Source of the DNA: Macrostomum lignano
Taxonomy: Eukaryota
DNA: 64,000 nucleotides
Assembly (NCBI GenBank): GCA_002269645.1
Contig: NIVC01000498.1
Coordinates: forward strand, 1 to 64,000
Reading direction: 5' to 3'
In this document: positions 37,207 to 48,551 of the stretch, piece after piece
How positions within the stretch are numbered: the stretch's first letter is position 1
Layout: each line of letters opens with the position of its first letter
Notes under the pieces: generated by a model
The model's database searches: none
Told to the model about the DNA's origin: nothing
The model's input: only the letters and a program-made list of their open reading frames with translations
Translations under genes and position numbers: made by a program

Positions 37207-40200
37207 TTGTTGTTGTTGTTGTTGTTTGCGCTGAAGGCGCGAACATCCTAGTTTGCATCGTTCTCTTTCCACTTGGTGCGGTACCAGGCCCAGTACCGGA
37301 GCGCCACCTCTGGATGCTCGTTGAGGTGGTGCAGCTCCGTGGGCCCGTCCAGCCTTCGCCTGATCTCCGTGGCCGGGCACTGACTGCTCACATGTACGAC
37401 CGTTTCTTCTTCGGTCCCGCACGCCGGGCACATTGCGTCGGTGGTTCTGCCTATCCGCCGGCAGTAGGCCCTCAACTCCAGCGAGTGGCCCGTGCGGAAT
37501 CGAATAAAGCTAACCGCCTCCGCCCTGTTCTTGTAGGCTGGGTGCCTGGCCGTACCGAGGTGGCCATAGGTGTCTTTCGATCTTTCGTGCGACCAGTACC
37601 TGCTGTTCTGGCTGGCCGCCTTCGTCTCGGCTGCCAGTCGTCTGCGGACAACGCTCGCCAGTACTCCGGCCTCCGCCTGCGGCAGTGTCGTCGCGCCGCC
37701 GGCCACTTCGTCCGCGGCCTCGTTGCCTTCCAGACCGCAGTGGGCCGGCGTCCAGCAGAGCGCAATCACTCGTCCGGTCTGGCAGGTCCTCGATAGCAGC
37801 TGGCGGATCTTTGTCGCGATCGGATTGCGGCCTCGGCCCTGCACTGCGAGGAGCCCACTCTTGCTGTCGGAAGCTATTAGCGCAGTTCTCCACGCCGGCT
37901 GCTCGCTGAGCCATTCCACCGCTAGCTCTAGGGCGGTGAGCTCGGCTTGCAGCGAGGAGGCCGGCTGCCCGGCTGCCCTCCGGATGCTGATCTGATCTCC
38001 GACCTGCTCTCCTGTTAGACGCCCGTTCCGATAGATGACCGCACCGCTGCCGCCGCCCTCCCTCCGCACCGATCCGTCCGTGAAGATAGTGATGTCCGGG
38101 TCTGGGCTGGCCTGGTTGATCTTCGCTTGGGCCATCTCAAGGTTTCCGGCGCGCGACTCTTTCCTGGCATCGTCGGTGGATACGAAGAAGCTGATGTTAT
38201 CTCTCCAACTCTGCCACGGGGGGAGGTCCGACATGTCCTCTAGCCTAGCCACCTTGGCTAGACCGGTGTTGGCGAGACCCTTCCTGGCCTGGGCTCTCCA
38301 GCCCAGCCTCTTCAGCCTTTGCCGGGTCTGCTGGGTGCCGAGGCGGTATCTTGGCGAGCTGTGCTCGAGCCTGAGCCATCGGTCCAGTTTTGCGCTCCAT
38401 ATCACCTCGCTCTGCTCCCGGATCGACATCATCCCGCTTTCGCAGCGTAGGGCCTCAACCGGGTGGTGGCGACCGCGCCGGTAATGATGCGTTCCGCGCT
38501 GTGCTGCACCACTTCGAGCTTACGCCAGGCCGCGCAAGTGAGCCACGGCATCCAGGCGCAGGCCCCATACAGCATCTTGCTCCGGATGAGGGCAACGTAG
38601 GTGTTGCGGATCAGCTCGGCCTGCCAGCCCCAAGAGCTGCCTGCGAGGCGCCGCATTAGGTTGAGGCGGTTCCGGCAGCTGTGGATCACATTGTCAGCGT
38701 GCGCTGTGAACCTCAGCTGTCTGTCAAACGTAAGCCCGAGGAACTTGGGCTGCTCAACCCATTGCATCGTCTGCCCTTAAAGCACGACGTTCGTGGCACC
38801 GGCCCTCTGCGGGGTCATCGCCGGGTCACTGGAGAAGAGGGTGAGCGAGCATTTCCCCGTGGCAACCGGTAGCAGCCATGCTTTGCTCCAAGCCTCCAGG
38901 GTGTCAACCGCCTTCTGCTGGGTGGACAAGGCCTCCACTACTCTTCTGCTGCTGGTCCAGGTGGCTAGATCGTCCGCATAGCCGCTCACCTGCAGGTCCG
39001 GGATAGCGTCAAGTTGCCTGAGAAGGTCATCGATGAAGACGATGAAGAGCAGCGGCGAAAGCACGGATCCCTGCGGCAGCCCTTGCCGGAAAAGTTCCCG
39101 CTTGCTGTCCACGTCGCCGACCCGGACGCACGCCAGCCTGTTCGCTAGCCAGCTCTGTATCCATCTGACCGTTTTTGGGCCAATGCCAGCTTTAAGCAGC
39201 TTGATCAGCAGCCCGTCACGCCAAACCTTGTCGAACGCGCGCGCAAAGTCGAACAGCGCCAGAACCGTTAGTTTTCGCTCTTGGAAGGCGTCGTCAATCG
39301 ATTGGGACAGCCGGAGCAGTTGATCCTCCGTGGACCTGCCCCCTCTGAACCCCGCTTGCGCTTCGCTGAGACCGCCGGTGGACTCCAGAACATGCTTGAT
39401 TCGGTTCGCAAGCACCCGTTCCATCCACTTACCTAAGCTGGAGGTTAGGCTAACCGGGCGGTAGGATCCTATGTCCTTGGCGGGCTTTCCGCTCTTAAGA
39501 AGAGGTATGATGCGGGCCGTGCGCCAGTTCTGCGGCGTGAAGCCGCAGTCATACAACCGGTTAAACAGCTTCAGGACCTCTTGGAGCGCTTCACGGGGGA
39601 GCGCCTTCAGCAGCTTCGGGTGCAGTCCGTCCATTCCGGCGGCTCTGTTGGCGTCCATGCTTTGCAGCGCTGCTAGCAGCTCGTCCATGGTCATGGCTTG
39701 ACAGTCCTCGGTGGTGGGGGTAGCGGCGCTTTGTCTCAGCCGGGCGTTAATTTCTCTGCGTGCCCATCTGTGACTGGCCCTAACGGTGGTGGCGCTGACC
39801 TTGGCGTATACCTTCGCAATGATGTTGGCCTTGGCTCTGTTCGACTTGTACCTTTTGCCTTCGTACTCCAGGATCTGGTCCCCGCTTTGGGGGGGCGTCG
39901 CGCCGTTCAGTTGCTTCAGCAGCGACCACATCTTGTCCGCCGTCGCATTGCTATCCAGCTTGTCCCTCCATCGATCCCTCTTATTCTCCTGCTGTTTCTG
40001 CTTGATCTGCCGGTCCAGGTGCTTCCAGTCCTCAGACTCGATACCCTCACTCATTCTGATGTTGTCTCTCTCCGCCGTCAGGAGCTGGACTTCCTCGTCG
40101 ATGAACTCAGCGTTCCTGGTTTTCCTGGCCACCATGCCCACAGCCTTGCGGGCCGCCTTCACCAGGCACGTTCGCAGCTGTTCCTCATGCTCCGAGTTGC

Positions 40201-42620
40201 TGAGAGCCATAAGGTTCGCGCTCTTTAGGTGCTCTCTGACCAGACGCTGGTACAGCGGCCAGTCCGCCTTCTTCCAGTTCCAGCGCATGATCTTCCTGGT
40301 GCTGGGGACCGGGTCTGCGTTCTCTGCCCTGCGGCTGATGATGATCGGCAGGTGGTCGGAGCTTAACCTGTTAGCTGTCCGCCATTCCCACTGGTCTAGC
40401 TCCGCTTGCGGGACTATGGTCACGTCCGGCGAAGACCTGTGTTCACCGTCCCAGCTGGTTCGGGTGGTGGATCCATCGTTCAGCGCCGTTAACATCTGCT
40501 CGTCCATCCAGTCGGCGAGCTCCTCGCCTCGCCTGTCTCTGGGGAGTTGTTGTCCCACAGCTCATGGTGTGCGTTCCAGTCGCCGGCCAAGAGCAGGTTC
40601 TCGCCGCCTGGGATTTGCGCCAGCTCGGCTGCTGCCATGTAGCACGTGGCTTGGGGCGGGATGTAGATGTTGATCAGCAGCAGTTGTTCTAGACCTTGCC
40701 CGCTGTTTGCTTCAAAGTATAGCCTGACGCCTAGCATTTCTAGCGGCGAGTTGGTCACTGGCGCCTGTATCCTTTCGAACCGCAGCCCGTGTCTGATGAT
40801 GGTCACCAGGCCTCCCCCTCTCGCGCTGTGGTGTTGCCTGTGCCGGTTGCGGTCCGCACGTAGCACCGTGTAGCCTGGCCAGGCTAGCAGCTCGTCCTCG
40901 GCCTTCAGCTTGCTCTCTTGCAGCATAATGACATCGGCATCTTGCTGCCTCACGAGCTCTTTGAGTTCCGGCTCCTTGGCCTTGAAGTGGTCACAGTTCC
41001 ATTGTATGATGGTGATCTTGCTGGTCTTCGGCTCTCCGCTGCACCCTGCCGGCCTCTGTTGTCCGTCCGCTATCTGTGCCTGACCAGCGGCGGGTGGTGG
41101 GGGTGGGAGCGCTGTGCCTTTTGGCATGGCTGCGGCCTCGTGGGCGCATTCGTTGCATGTCCAGCCCCGGTGTTTCAGACTTTCGATTTGCCTCCGGGTG
41201 TAGGTCCTGTGGCAGCAGGACCAGTGAACCTTCTTGCCGCAGTTCTTGCACTCAGCCCCTTGTCCTCTTCTCCTGAATCTCTTGCATTCCGCACACCGGC
41301 CTGCCCTCTCAGCGGCGAGCGGTCTCTCCGAACTGTTCCGGGCTAGGCTGGGCCGTTGGGGTGGTTCTGTCTCCCCGGTGTTATCGGCTGTTCTGCTTCT
41401 GTTGTTGGCGGCGCAGGGCTGGCATATCCAGCTAGCTCCTTCGTCAGGTCTCCAGCGCGAGATGGTCGTGCAGGCGCGATGGAAGACACGGTGACATTGT
41501 GCGCACGGGGTGCCGCTGTGGCCGGCCCTGATCTTGCGATCGCACTTGCCGCAATAGCTCTGCTCTGCCTCTGCGGGGCCACCTGGTCGAGCGTCGGGGT
41601 TCCGCCGGATTTTTTAGTTTTAGGATTGGGTGGCGGATTCTCCCGGCTGTCCTCGACTTCGGTGAGTCTCCTCCCCACCGGCGAGTTGATGGTACTGGTT
41701 TGCTCCTCTCCGAGCCTCTCCAGGCCGCTCCTATTCGCTGTCACGTCCTCGTCAGCCCTCGGTATTTCGATGCTAACTTCCGCAGCTCCTGCTGTCCGGC
41801 CTTCCATCCCGTCCAAGGCGGCCGTGGCCATCTTCACCGCTTGGCGCAACCTCGCAGACATCGCCCCGCTGCACCCCGTACTCCTGTTGAAGGGTCTGAT
41901 GTTGTCCTTCTTGATCCATGACGCCTGCCCAGAGCCAAACCAGCTGACCGGCACGTCATTGCTGCCATGCGCAATGCGGCTGAGTGCCGCTGCCGCGTCA
42001 CACGCTTGCAGGCGCTCGGCCGGCCACCAGGCCCAGCCCCTGAGCTTGGCCCAAATGATGTTGTTCCCGCTTCTCGGGTCTTCCTCTTGCTTGTCCTGAG
42101 TCACGGTAAGCTTGCTCTTCGCGTCACTCGCCGTGCCACGCCCGCCTGGTTGCTTGCCCCACTTGGGCTTGTCCTCTCCTGGCATCCTGCCGGGCGTGCT
42201 GGCGGTTGGCCGGCTTCCTTGGCAGCATGGGCCTGTCCAGTCTCCAGCCTTCTCCGTCGCGTAGAATCTACCTCTGGGCAGGCCGCTGCACTTGAGATGG
42301 AGGTGGTTTCCGCAGTCCTTGCAGCGTGGGCCCCGGCCCGTGGCTCGTTTGCAGCAGAGCCCACATAGGGTGCTCCGAGCCATGGGTGGCCCCGGGTTGC
42401 TCTCAACGTCGCCTGCTCTGAGCAGCAGGGGCCTGCTGTCAACCTTGTAGGGCCTGAAGCCGCTGCCTTTTCCCCTGTCCGTGCCCATACTCCGGTGATG
42501 CGACCTGCTCCTCCGATGCTGGGTGTTCATATCTTGGATGTTCGGCTTCAGTATGCTTCCTTTCGTGCCTAGCCGTCCTCGACTAGGTTCCACAGCACAC
42601 CGCTTGGCGGTATGGAAGCT
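37207..42620 (-). mobile_element. LINE B: Ingi-like non-LTR retrotransposon (2A-PHD-PWWP-PHD-APE-RT-RNase H)
   Basis: GDVESNPGP; PHD-like Cys/His fingers; WAKLRGWAWWPA; APE (IQWNCD, LQESKL, GDWNAHH); RT (GLPQGSVLSP, YADD); RNase H (FTDGS, WTPAHCGLEGNEAAD); (AAC)n tail; inserted in a CAG run; four frameshifts. Confidence 0.93.
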
Positions 42621-42627
42621 GTGCTGC
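42555..42627 (-). ncRNA. Putative HDV-like self-cleaving ribozyme at the 5' end of LINE B
   Basis: Manual fold: P1 GCAGCAC/GUGCUGU (G.U first pair), P2 GCUUCC/GGAAGC, P3 ACC/GGU with loop GCCAAGC, GG after P1, P4 CCUAGUCG/CGGCUAGG, J4/2 CGAA. Confidence 0.6.
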
Positions 42628-43146
42628 TGCTGCTGCTGCTGCTGCTGCTGCGGAGCCGACTGGTACTGGTTCTGCTGCTGCTGCTGCTGCTGCTGCGGAG
42701 CCGACTGGTACTGGTTCTGCTGCTGCTGCTGCTGCTGCGGAGCCGACTGGTACTGGTTCTGCTGCTGCTGCTGCTGCTGCGGAGCCGACTGGTACTGGTT
42801 CTGCTGCTGCTGCTGCTGCTGCGGAGCCGACTGGTACTGGTTCTGCTGCTGCTGCTGCTGCTGCGGAGCCGACTGGTACTGGTTCTGCTGCTGCTGCTGC
42901 TGCTGCGGAGCCGACTGGTACTGGTTCTGCTGCTGCTGCTGCTGCTGCGGAGCCGACTGGTACTGGTTCTGCTGCTGCTGCTGCTGCTGCGGAGCCGACT
43001 GGTACTGGTTCTGCTGCTGCTGCTGCTGCTGCGGAGCCGACTGGTACTGGTTTTGCTGCTGCTGCTGCTGCTGCGGAACCGGCTGGTTCTGATTCTGCTG
43101 CTGCTGCTACCGCTGATGATGCTTGATGCTGCTGCTGCTGCTGCTG

Positions 43147-44305
43147 TTGTTGTTGTTGTTGTTAGTTGGCCCAAACGCGCCCAGGATCCATGCAGAACCT
43201 GGCCAGCGCGACCAAACCATCAGGGTAATCGGACAAGTTGCTGAGGGAGAGCGGAGCTCCAATGAAGCGACGGCGGGCGGCCTCGAGAGCAGGGCACGCT
43301 GTCCAGTGCTCAAGGGTGTCTGGTTCGAGAAAGCACCTTTGGCACGTCGGATCCACCGTGGGGTCCATGAGGGCGCGGAAGGCTCCGAAGAGGCTGGAGT
43401 GGCCGGAGCGCAGCCGGGCAAGAAGGACAGCGTCTTTGCGGTTAGTAATAAGCCGACGTTCCTTTTCGGCGTCGGCGGAGGCATAGGTGAGACGAGATCT
43501 CGCGTGGGTGACCGGCTTGTCAACCAGAGTGCGGCGGATCACCGAGGCGGCAGTGGGAAAACTGATGCTGGGGCGCGGTGCTTCATCGGCGTTGGCGGCA
43601 GCGGAGTTAGCAGCGCGGTCCGCGAGTTCATTGCCCGGAATGCCGACATGACCCGGGACCCACAGGAGAGCGCGGCAGTTGTGCGGGAAGCGGAGGGAAG
43701 AGGCCAGGCGGCTGAAGGGACGCTGAAGGGCGCGCAGAAGAGACTGACTGTCAGAGCAGATGATGGCAGGGCGCGTGGGGTGCGAGCGGAGGTAGTCGAG
43801 GGCTAGGACCAGAGCGCGGAGTTCCTCTTCAAAGGAGCTGGTGTAGCGGCTGCCAGCGGACGTGCGGGCTTCCACGGTCGTCGGGACTGCCGGGTCTCCG
43901 ATGGTGACCACAGCGGCCGCCCCGCCAGCCTCGGAGCCGCCGGCCGCCGAACCATCGCAGTAAATGACGAGCTCAGCCGGGTGAGACCGGATGACGTCGA
44001 GAGCGGCAAGACAGCGCTCCAACGGGGCGTGGTGGCCGGAGGCAAAGGATTGTCAGCTAGGATCGCCGGAAGATGTTGGTCCAGCCAGGGGCATGGGAAG
44101 GCCGGTGTGAGCGGCAGACGCGGCGTGAGATCAATGCCAAGGCCATTGGCAAGCTGAGCCGAGCGGAGTCTCCAGCTACTGCGGGCGAGCCGGTGTTGCA
44201 CGGTGCCCGAGAGGGCGATGGCGCGAGGATGGTCGTTGGGCAGCCTGAGCGCGCGTTCCCTGGCGATGAGGCAAAGGCGGTCGCTGGTGTTCCTGTAGCT
44301 GCCGA
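43147..44305 (-). mobile_element. LINE A: 5'-truncated RNase H-bearing LINE
   Basis: YCDGS...ELRAL...SDSQS...WVPGHVGIPGNELAD, then CQRC...EHWTAC; (AAC)n tail; flanked by a ~76-bp direct duplication of host sequence. Confidence 0.9.
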
Positions 44306-45325
44306 TGCTGCTGCTGCGGAACCGGCTGGTTCTGATTCTGCTGCTGCTGCTACCGCTGATGATGCTTGATGCTGCTGCTGCCGCTGCGCAGTCAGCGCCG
44401 GGCAACGCCGGACTGGATGCGGCCCTGGCACTAAGGTAGCAGTAAACTGTTGAATCAGAGAGAATTAACGTAACTATGAGTACATCAAACAAATAAGCTT
44501 GCAGCTCATAAAACAAATAGGGAAAGGAAATTAAACTTACTATTGTTCCTTGGCCGGCGCCCTCCACGGCGCTGCCCTGAGTTTGAGTTCGTGGTGTAGT
44601 TGTTCACTATCTTCATACTCGTACGAGTATTTGCTGGCCGGTGCTGTTGCTTAGCTCAAGTATTAATGACGAAGAAAACAAATACGAGCATAATCTCAGA
44701 GCTCTTGCCTCTTGGCTTGCCTCATTGCGATCTTTTATAGGGGCGCACGAGCGCAGAATTGAACCGGTGGGCCGGTATTTTTTGTTTGATTCGGTAATTT
44801 ATTTAATTAGTCTTTAATGACTTTGATCCAGCAGGTGCAGCACGTATCAGATTTAAGTTTAAAAGGTGAGCTGCGAGGGAATTGAACACTGAGCTATATT
44901 GATCAGCTTTACAATGAGGCGACCTGCCGCTACTTCTTAAGCCGGTGGGTTTCAGAGCTAATTACGGCCAGGTAAAAACGTAAAGATTGCCAAACTTAAT
45001 TGATCAATTATCAAATTCAATCATGAATAAGTAGAAAAATTGGCTTTTAAATTTAATTGAGCAATTATTAAATTAAATCATGGTCAGGTAGAAATGTTTA
45101 GCTTTCAAACTTAATTGATCTGTTATAAAATTTCAGCCGCTGCCCCACCCCAGCCTAATTACATGTACGAGCTACTCTAGCTGTCTGGTGCAGCTAATAA
45201 AATAAAAGATATTTTATTCGGATGATCTCAAAGTTTGTCTAGCTGCAACTCAAACCGTCTCCCAACCTTTTTTATTTCATTTTTAAACTGCTATTTTCCA
45301 GTATTTTCTGTTCTCTTTGTAACAA

Positions 45326-47405
45326 TGGCAACAGATACTACAACTGCTAAGAGCAAACTGAGCATCGCAGCTCTTGTGCCCGGCCTGATGGACGGTTCTA
45401 TAATCGGCCTGGTGTCCCGAGTGACGCAGCTAAAGAATTATACTAGCGCCAAGGGAAACCGCCAAGTATTTTCATTTGTTTTGGCTGATGGCCAGAATGA
45501 GATTCGAGTGAGCGTTTTCGGTCGCAACTTAAAAAATCACCACGACATGTGCCAAGACTCAACCACTGTAAGAGTGTCTGGCGGTAGGGTGAAGCCTGCA
45601 AATCAGACCTACAACTGCACCGACAATGGCCTTGAAATAACTCTGTCAGTAGACAATAATGCGACCCTCCTGGCGACCCAAGAGATCGTCAATCGGCCAC
45701 CCGCGGTGTATAAAAAAATCGGCGACCTTTCTGCTCTTGCCATGAAGAATTAAGTGTTTAAAAATATTTCAAGGTTTTCATAATTTTTAAATTATTAGAT
45801 ACAGTCTACCGGTGCTAGGGTTTGCAATCCCGGGACTAGGATCAATGTCGGGATTGTCGGGATTTACCCGGATCGATAGTCCCGGGATCACAAATTATCG
45901 GTATTCGGGATTCCGGCATCCGGGATAAAAATCTATGAATCCCGGGATTCTTCGGGATTTAAAACCAATAATGTGCCTAAATTCTAGAGATAGAACGAAT
46001 CCAATATGTTTCCGAACACGAATACCAAATCTAAATACCGAATATTCGGATTCATATTTTTTCGAGTACCAAATCCGAATAACGAATATTTCATCTCTAC
46101 TAAATGCCCTTGACTATCTGTTCCTAATTCTGAGCTGCAGTACGGTTATGAGCAAGAGTATTTGACTAACATTTCCGTTTAACACTATGCAAAATCCTAC
46201 TGCTTTGTTTCCTCTCCTCTTTCTCTTCTTTCTCATCTCTCCTCGCTTCTCTCTTTCCTCTCTTCTTTCTCCTTTCCTCTCTCCTCTGTCTTCTCTCCTA
46301 CTCCTTCCTTCCACTCTGCTCTCTCTGGAATTTTTTTTCTTGTCAGACCTGTCAGTCTCATCCTCTTATTCTCTATTTTTCTTTGATTTAGCACAAACTC
46401 ATATCATTCGTAAACTGAAACCATTTTCCCACGCTATTATTTCTGATCGAACAGTGCAAGTTCTAACGAAATCGGTTTAGCAGTTTTTTTTCAAAAATCG
46501 ATCAGTCACACACACACACGCACAAAAATACAGAAATATTGAAATAAGAAATATTGATTGGACTTGTTGCGGCAGCATGTAGCTATAAAAAATAAAAAAT
46601 AAAAACCAATCTGCAGATTACACAAGAAACCTAGAAAGTTACAATTCAACAAGTACAGCTACACTGTAGCTCATGAAATCATTTGCTATTGATTTAGTAT
46701 TTCTGGCTTAATGTAGTTGGGAATTGATAAATCTCTACTGCGATCATATTCTACTCCAGAATCCAAGGATTAGTCCCAATATATCGAGATGAATTTTTTG
46801 GGATCTCGGGATTACGAATAACTCTGGATTTACCGGGATGGATAATCCCGGCATTATCTTTGGCCGGGAATTCCTAATCCCGATAATCCAAGGGTTTGAC
46901 AGAAGACCAAGATTTTGTAATCCATAACTGGTGCACTTTTGCCCTACTTAAACAGAAAAGTTGACATCCGAGGTGTGATAAAAAAATTCGAACCGTCGAA
47001 GGAAGTTCAGAGAAAAAATGGCCTCCCGTCAACCTGGCCAAAGTAATGCTGGTCGATGACTCGGCATCCTCCGTGTCGTGCACATTCTGGGCAAAAAGTT
47101 CAACTCGAGTGAATAACTGGGCCGTGGGCAACACCCTGGAAATTCAAGGGGCCTAGGTCCAAGAGTACGGCCAAGTCGTTGTGCTGAACTGTTCTGATGC
47201 TGAAATTCGCTACCACCTTGCCAACGATTCCGATCTGACAGAATGGTTTGAAAAGGCGGTGTCCAGCCAGCAACTCTTCGAGTCGGTCCGTGTGGCCCAA
47301 GCAACAGAGCATGCGAGACAATCTGCACATGATGAAATTTTGTTGCAGTTCTCCGACCGATTGTTTGAAGGCTACGAGAACATAAATAAAATTCGAGTTG
47401 ATTAA
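45326..47405 (+). pseudogene. RPA70-like two-OB-fold gene copy 2 (disabled)
   Basis: Exon 1 MATDTTT...VFSFVLADGQNEIRVSVFG...; the donor reads TTAAGT instead of GT; exon 2 from 46956 (KVDIRGVI...MLVDDSASSVSCTFW...) has a frameshift and an in-frame TAG. Confidence 0.85.
45985..46099. mobile_element. hAT-type MITE, 115 bp
   Basis: Ends tagagatagaa and ttcatctcta; flanks ctaaattc and ctaaatgc match at 7 of 8 positions; internal ccgaat(a) motifs. Confidence 0.7.
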
Positions 47406-47688
47406 AATTCGAGTTAATTGATTAAAACTCTTTAAATTAAATTTATTCCGAAGATAACCTTCACTCGTGACTGGCGCGCAGTGTTCACTCAGCCGGGCCT
47501 ACCGATTTCAAAACAAGTTGCTGACCCGTCACAGTTATCTTCAGACAATTGAGGAGCTCAAGCATGAATTCCTATTTGCGTACGTTATAAAATATAACAA
47601 TATTGAAGTAAGGGATGGGGCCGATGGGCAGATGCTTCTGCATAAATTTCCAAATTCTGTTCAGATGAGGTTAGGGTAAGGTTAAGAA

Positions 47689-48100
47689 CGAGGGGTGATC
47701 AAAAGGTTCTGCAAGTGACCTCACAACTCAGTGTTACAGCAGCCGAGGCGTCTAATCAGTGTCACATTCCCTCAAAGTACTTTCCACCATCTTTGCACCG
47801 TTGCATGCGTGTGCACCATGTCTGAAAGCAGTCATGGTACTCTGGAGTTGGTATACCCTGTAGAGCTGAACGTACCGCTTGGGCAGGGTATGCGAGAAAA
47901 CGGCCTCCCAAAAATGACGGGTTTGATCCTCGGGAACAGCCAAAAGTCGCAGAGTGCTAGGTCTAGAGAGTAGGGTGGATGGGGCAGCAGCTGGACCCCC
48001 TGCTGCTCCAGGTACGCCATGGTTGAGGCCGGTCTGTGCGGTGCCGCATTGTCATGGTGCAGCAGGAGTCGAGGTTGCAGAACTTTTTGATCACCCCTCG
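47689..48100 (-). mobile_element. Internally deleted mariner element (412 bp)
   Basis: 26-bp TIR cgaggggtgatcaaaa(g/a)gttctgcaa with one mismatch; TA on the right flank (AA on the left); LHHDNAAPH...LPHPPYSLDLALCDFWLFPRIK is the mariner catalytic C-terminus. Confidence 0.92.
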
Positions 48101-48551
48101 TACAAGAGTCGTTAGAGTTTGATACTAAGTAAGTCATTTTATTATTGTGAATCACTAGCAAGTAATCTTTACTAGGCTTAGATACGCTCGTACATGTCAT
48201 CTTGTGGAATTAACGTCTCAAAAATATACGAGCTATGCGAATTAAATAAACGCTGCAATTATTGAAATATTATACATTGAATTGAAACCTTTTTGAAAGT
48301 CCCAGCTCAAAATTTGAGTTGCGTCTATGGCAAAAACTATCTACTCGGTTGAAGCACCCGTCTCACTGCATCTAGGCCAGTGACTGATACGGAAAAGCAA
48401 TGGCTCAATAATATTATTATGGTATTTCTATTACACTCTATTACTCGTATATTACCGTTATGTTCTTAGGTATTTTAAAGGGTTCTTTTAAACTATTTTC
48501 TAAGTTTTGTTTCTACTTTGTTAAAACTGTTAAACTGAACAGTTAGCAACA

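Larger units (their letters stand above)
27130..44400 (-). repeat. 42-bp coding-type minisatellite (CAG)n-AACCAGTACCAGTCGGCTCCG, split into five blocks
   Basis: Blocks at ~27130-27275, 32141-32388, 36966-37206, 42621-43145 and 44306-44400; unit length varies only by whole CAG triplets. Confidence 0.95.
27077..44691 (-). pseudogene. Two-exon CAG-rich repeat-protein gene interrupted by four LINEs
   Basis: TATAAAAG at 44739-44732; exon 1 ends 44541; GT-AG intron 44540-44431; exon 2 reads PGPHPVRRCPALTAQRQQQHQ, then 42-bp repeats. In the Gln frame it ends QPAPQQRQPVQPAQDDDDEMLLDV-TAA (27079-27077). A 1-nt frameshift and a TAG lie near 44345-44370. Confidence 0.6.

Noticed and set aside
33076-37431. 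1451-aa ORF as one gene starting at 37431
   Set aside because: It chains an off-frame stretch of LINE B's 3' end, the host repeat and LINE C. LINE C begins at 36965.
27130-43145. Regularly spaced 42-bp repeats as a CRISPR array
   Set aside because: Units are directly adjacent with no unique spacers, there are no cas genes, and the context is eukaryotic.
42523-43244. Poly-Cys, poly-Leu and poly-Ser ORFs across the minisatellite
   Set aside because: Alternative-frame or antisense readings of the same (CTG/CAG) repeat.
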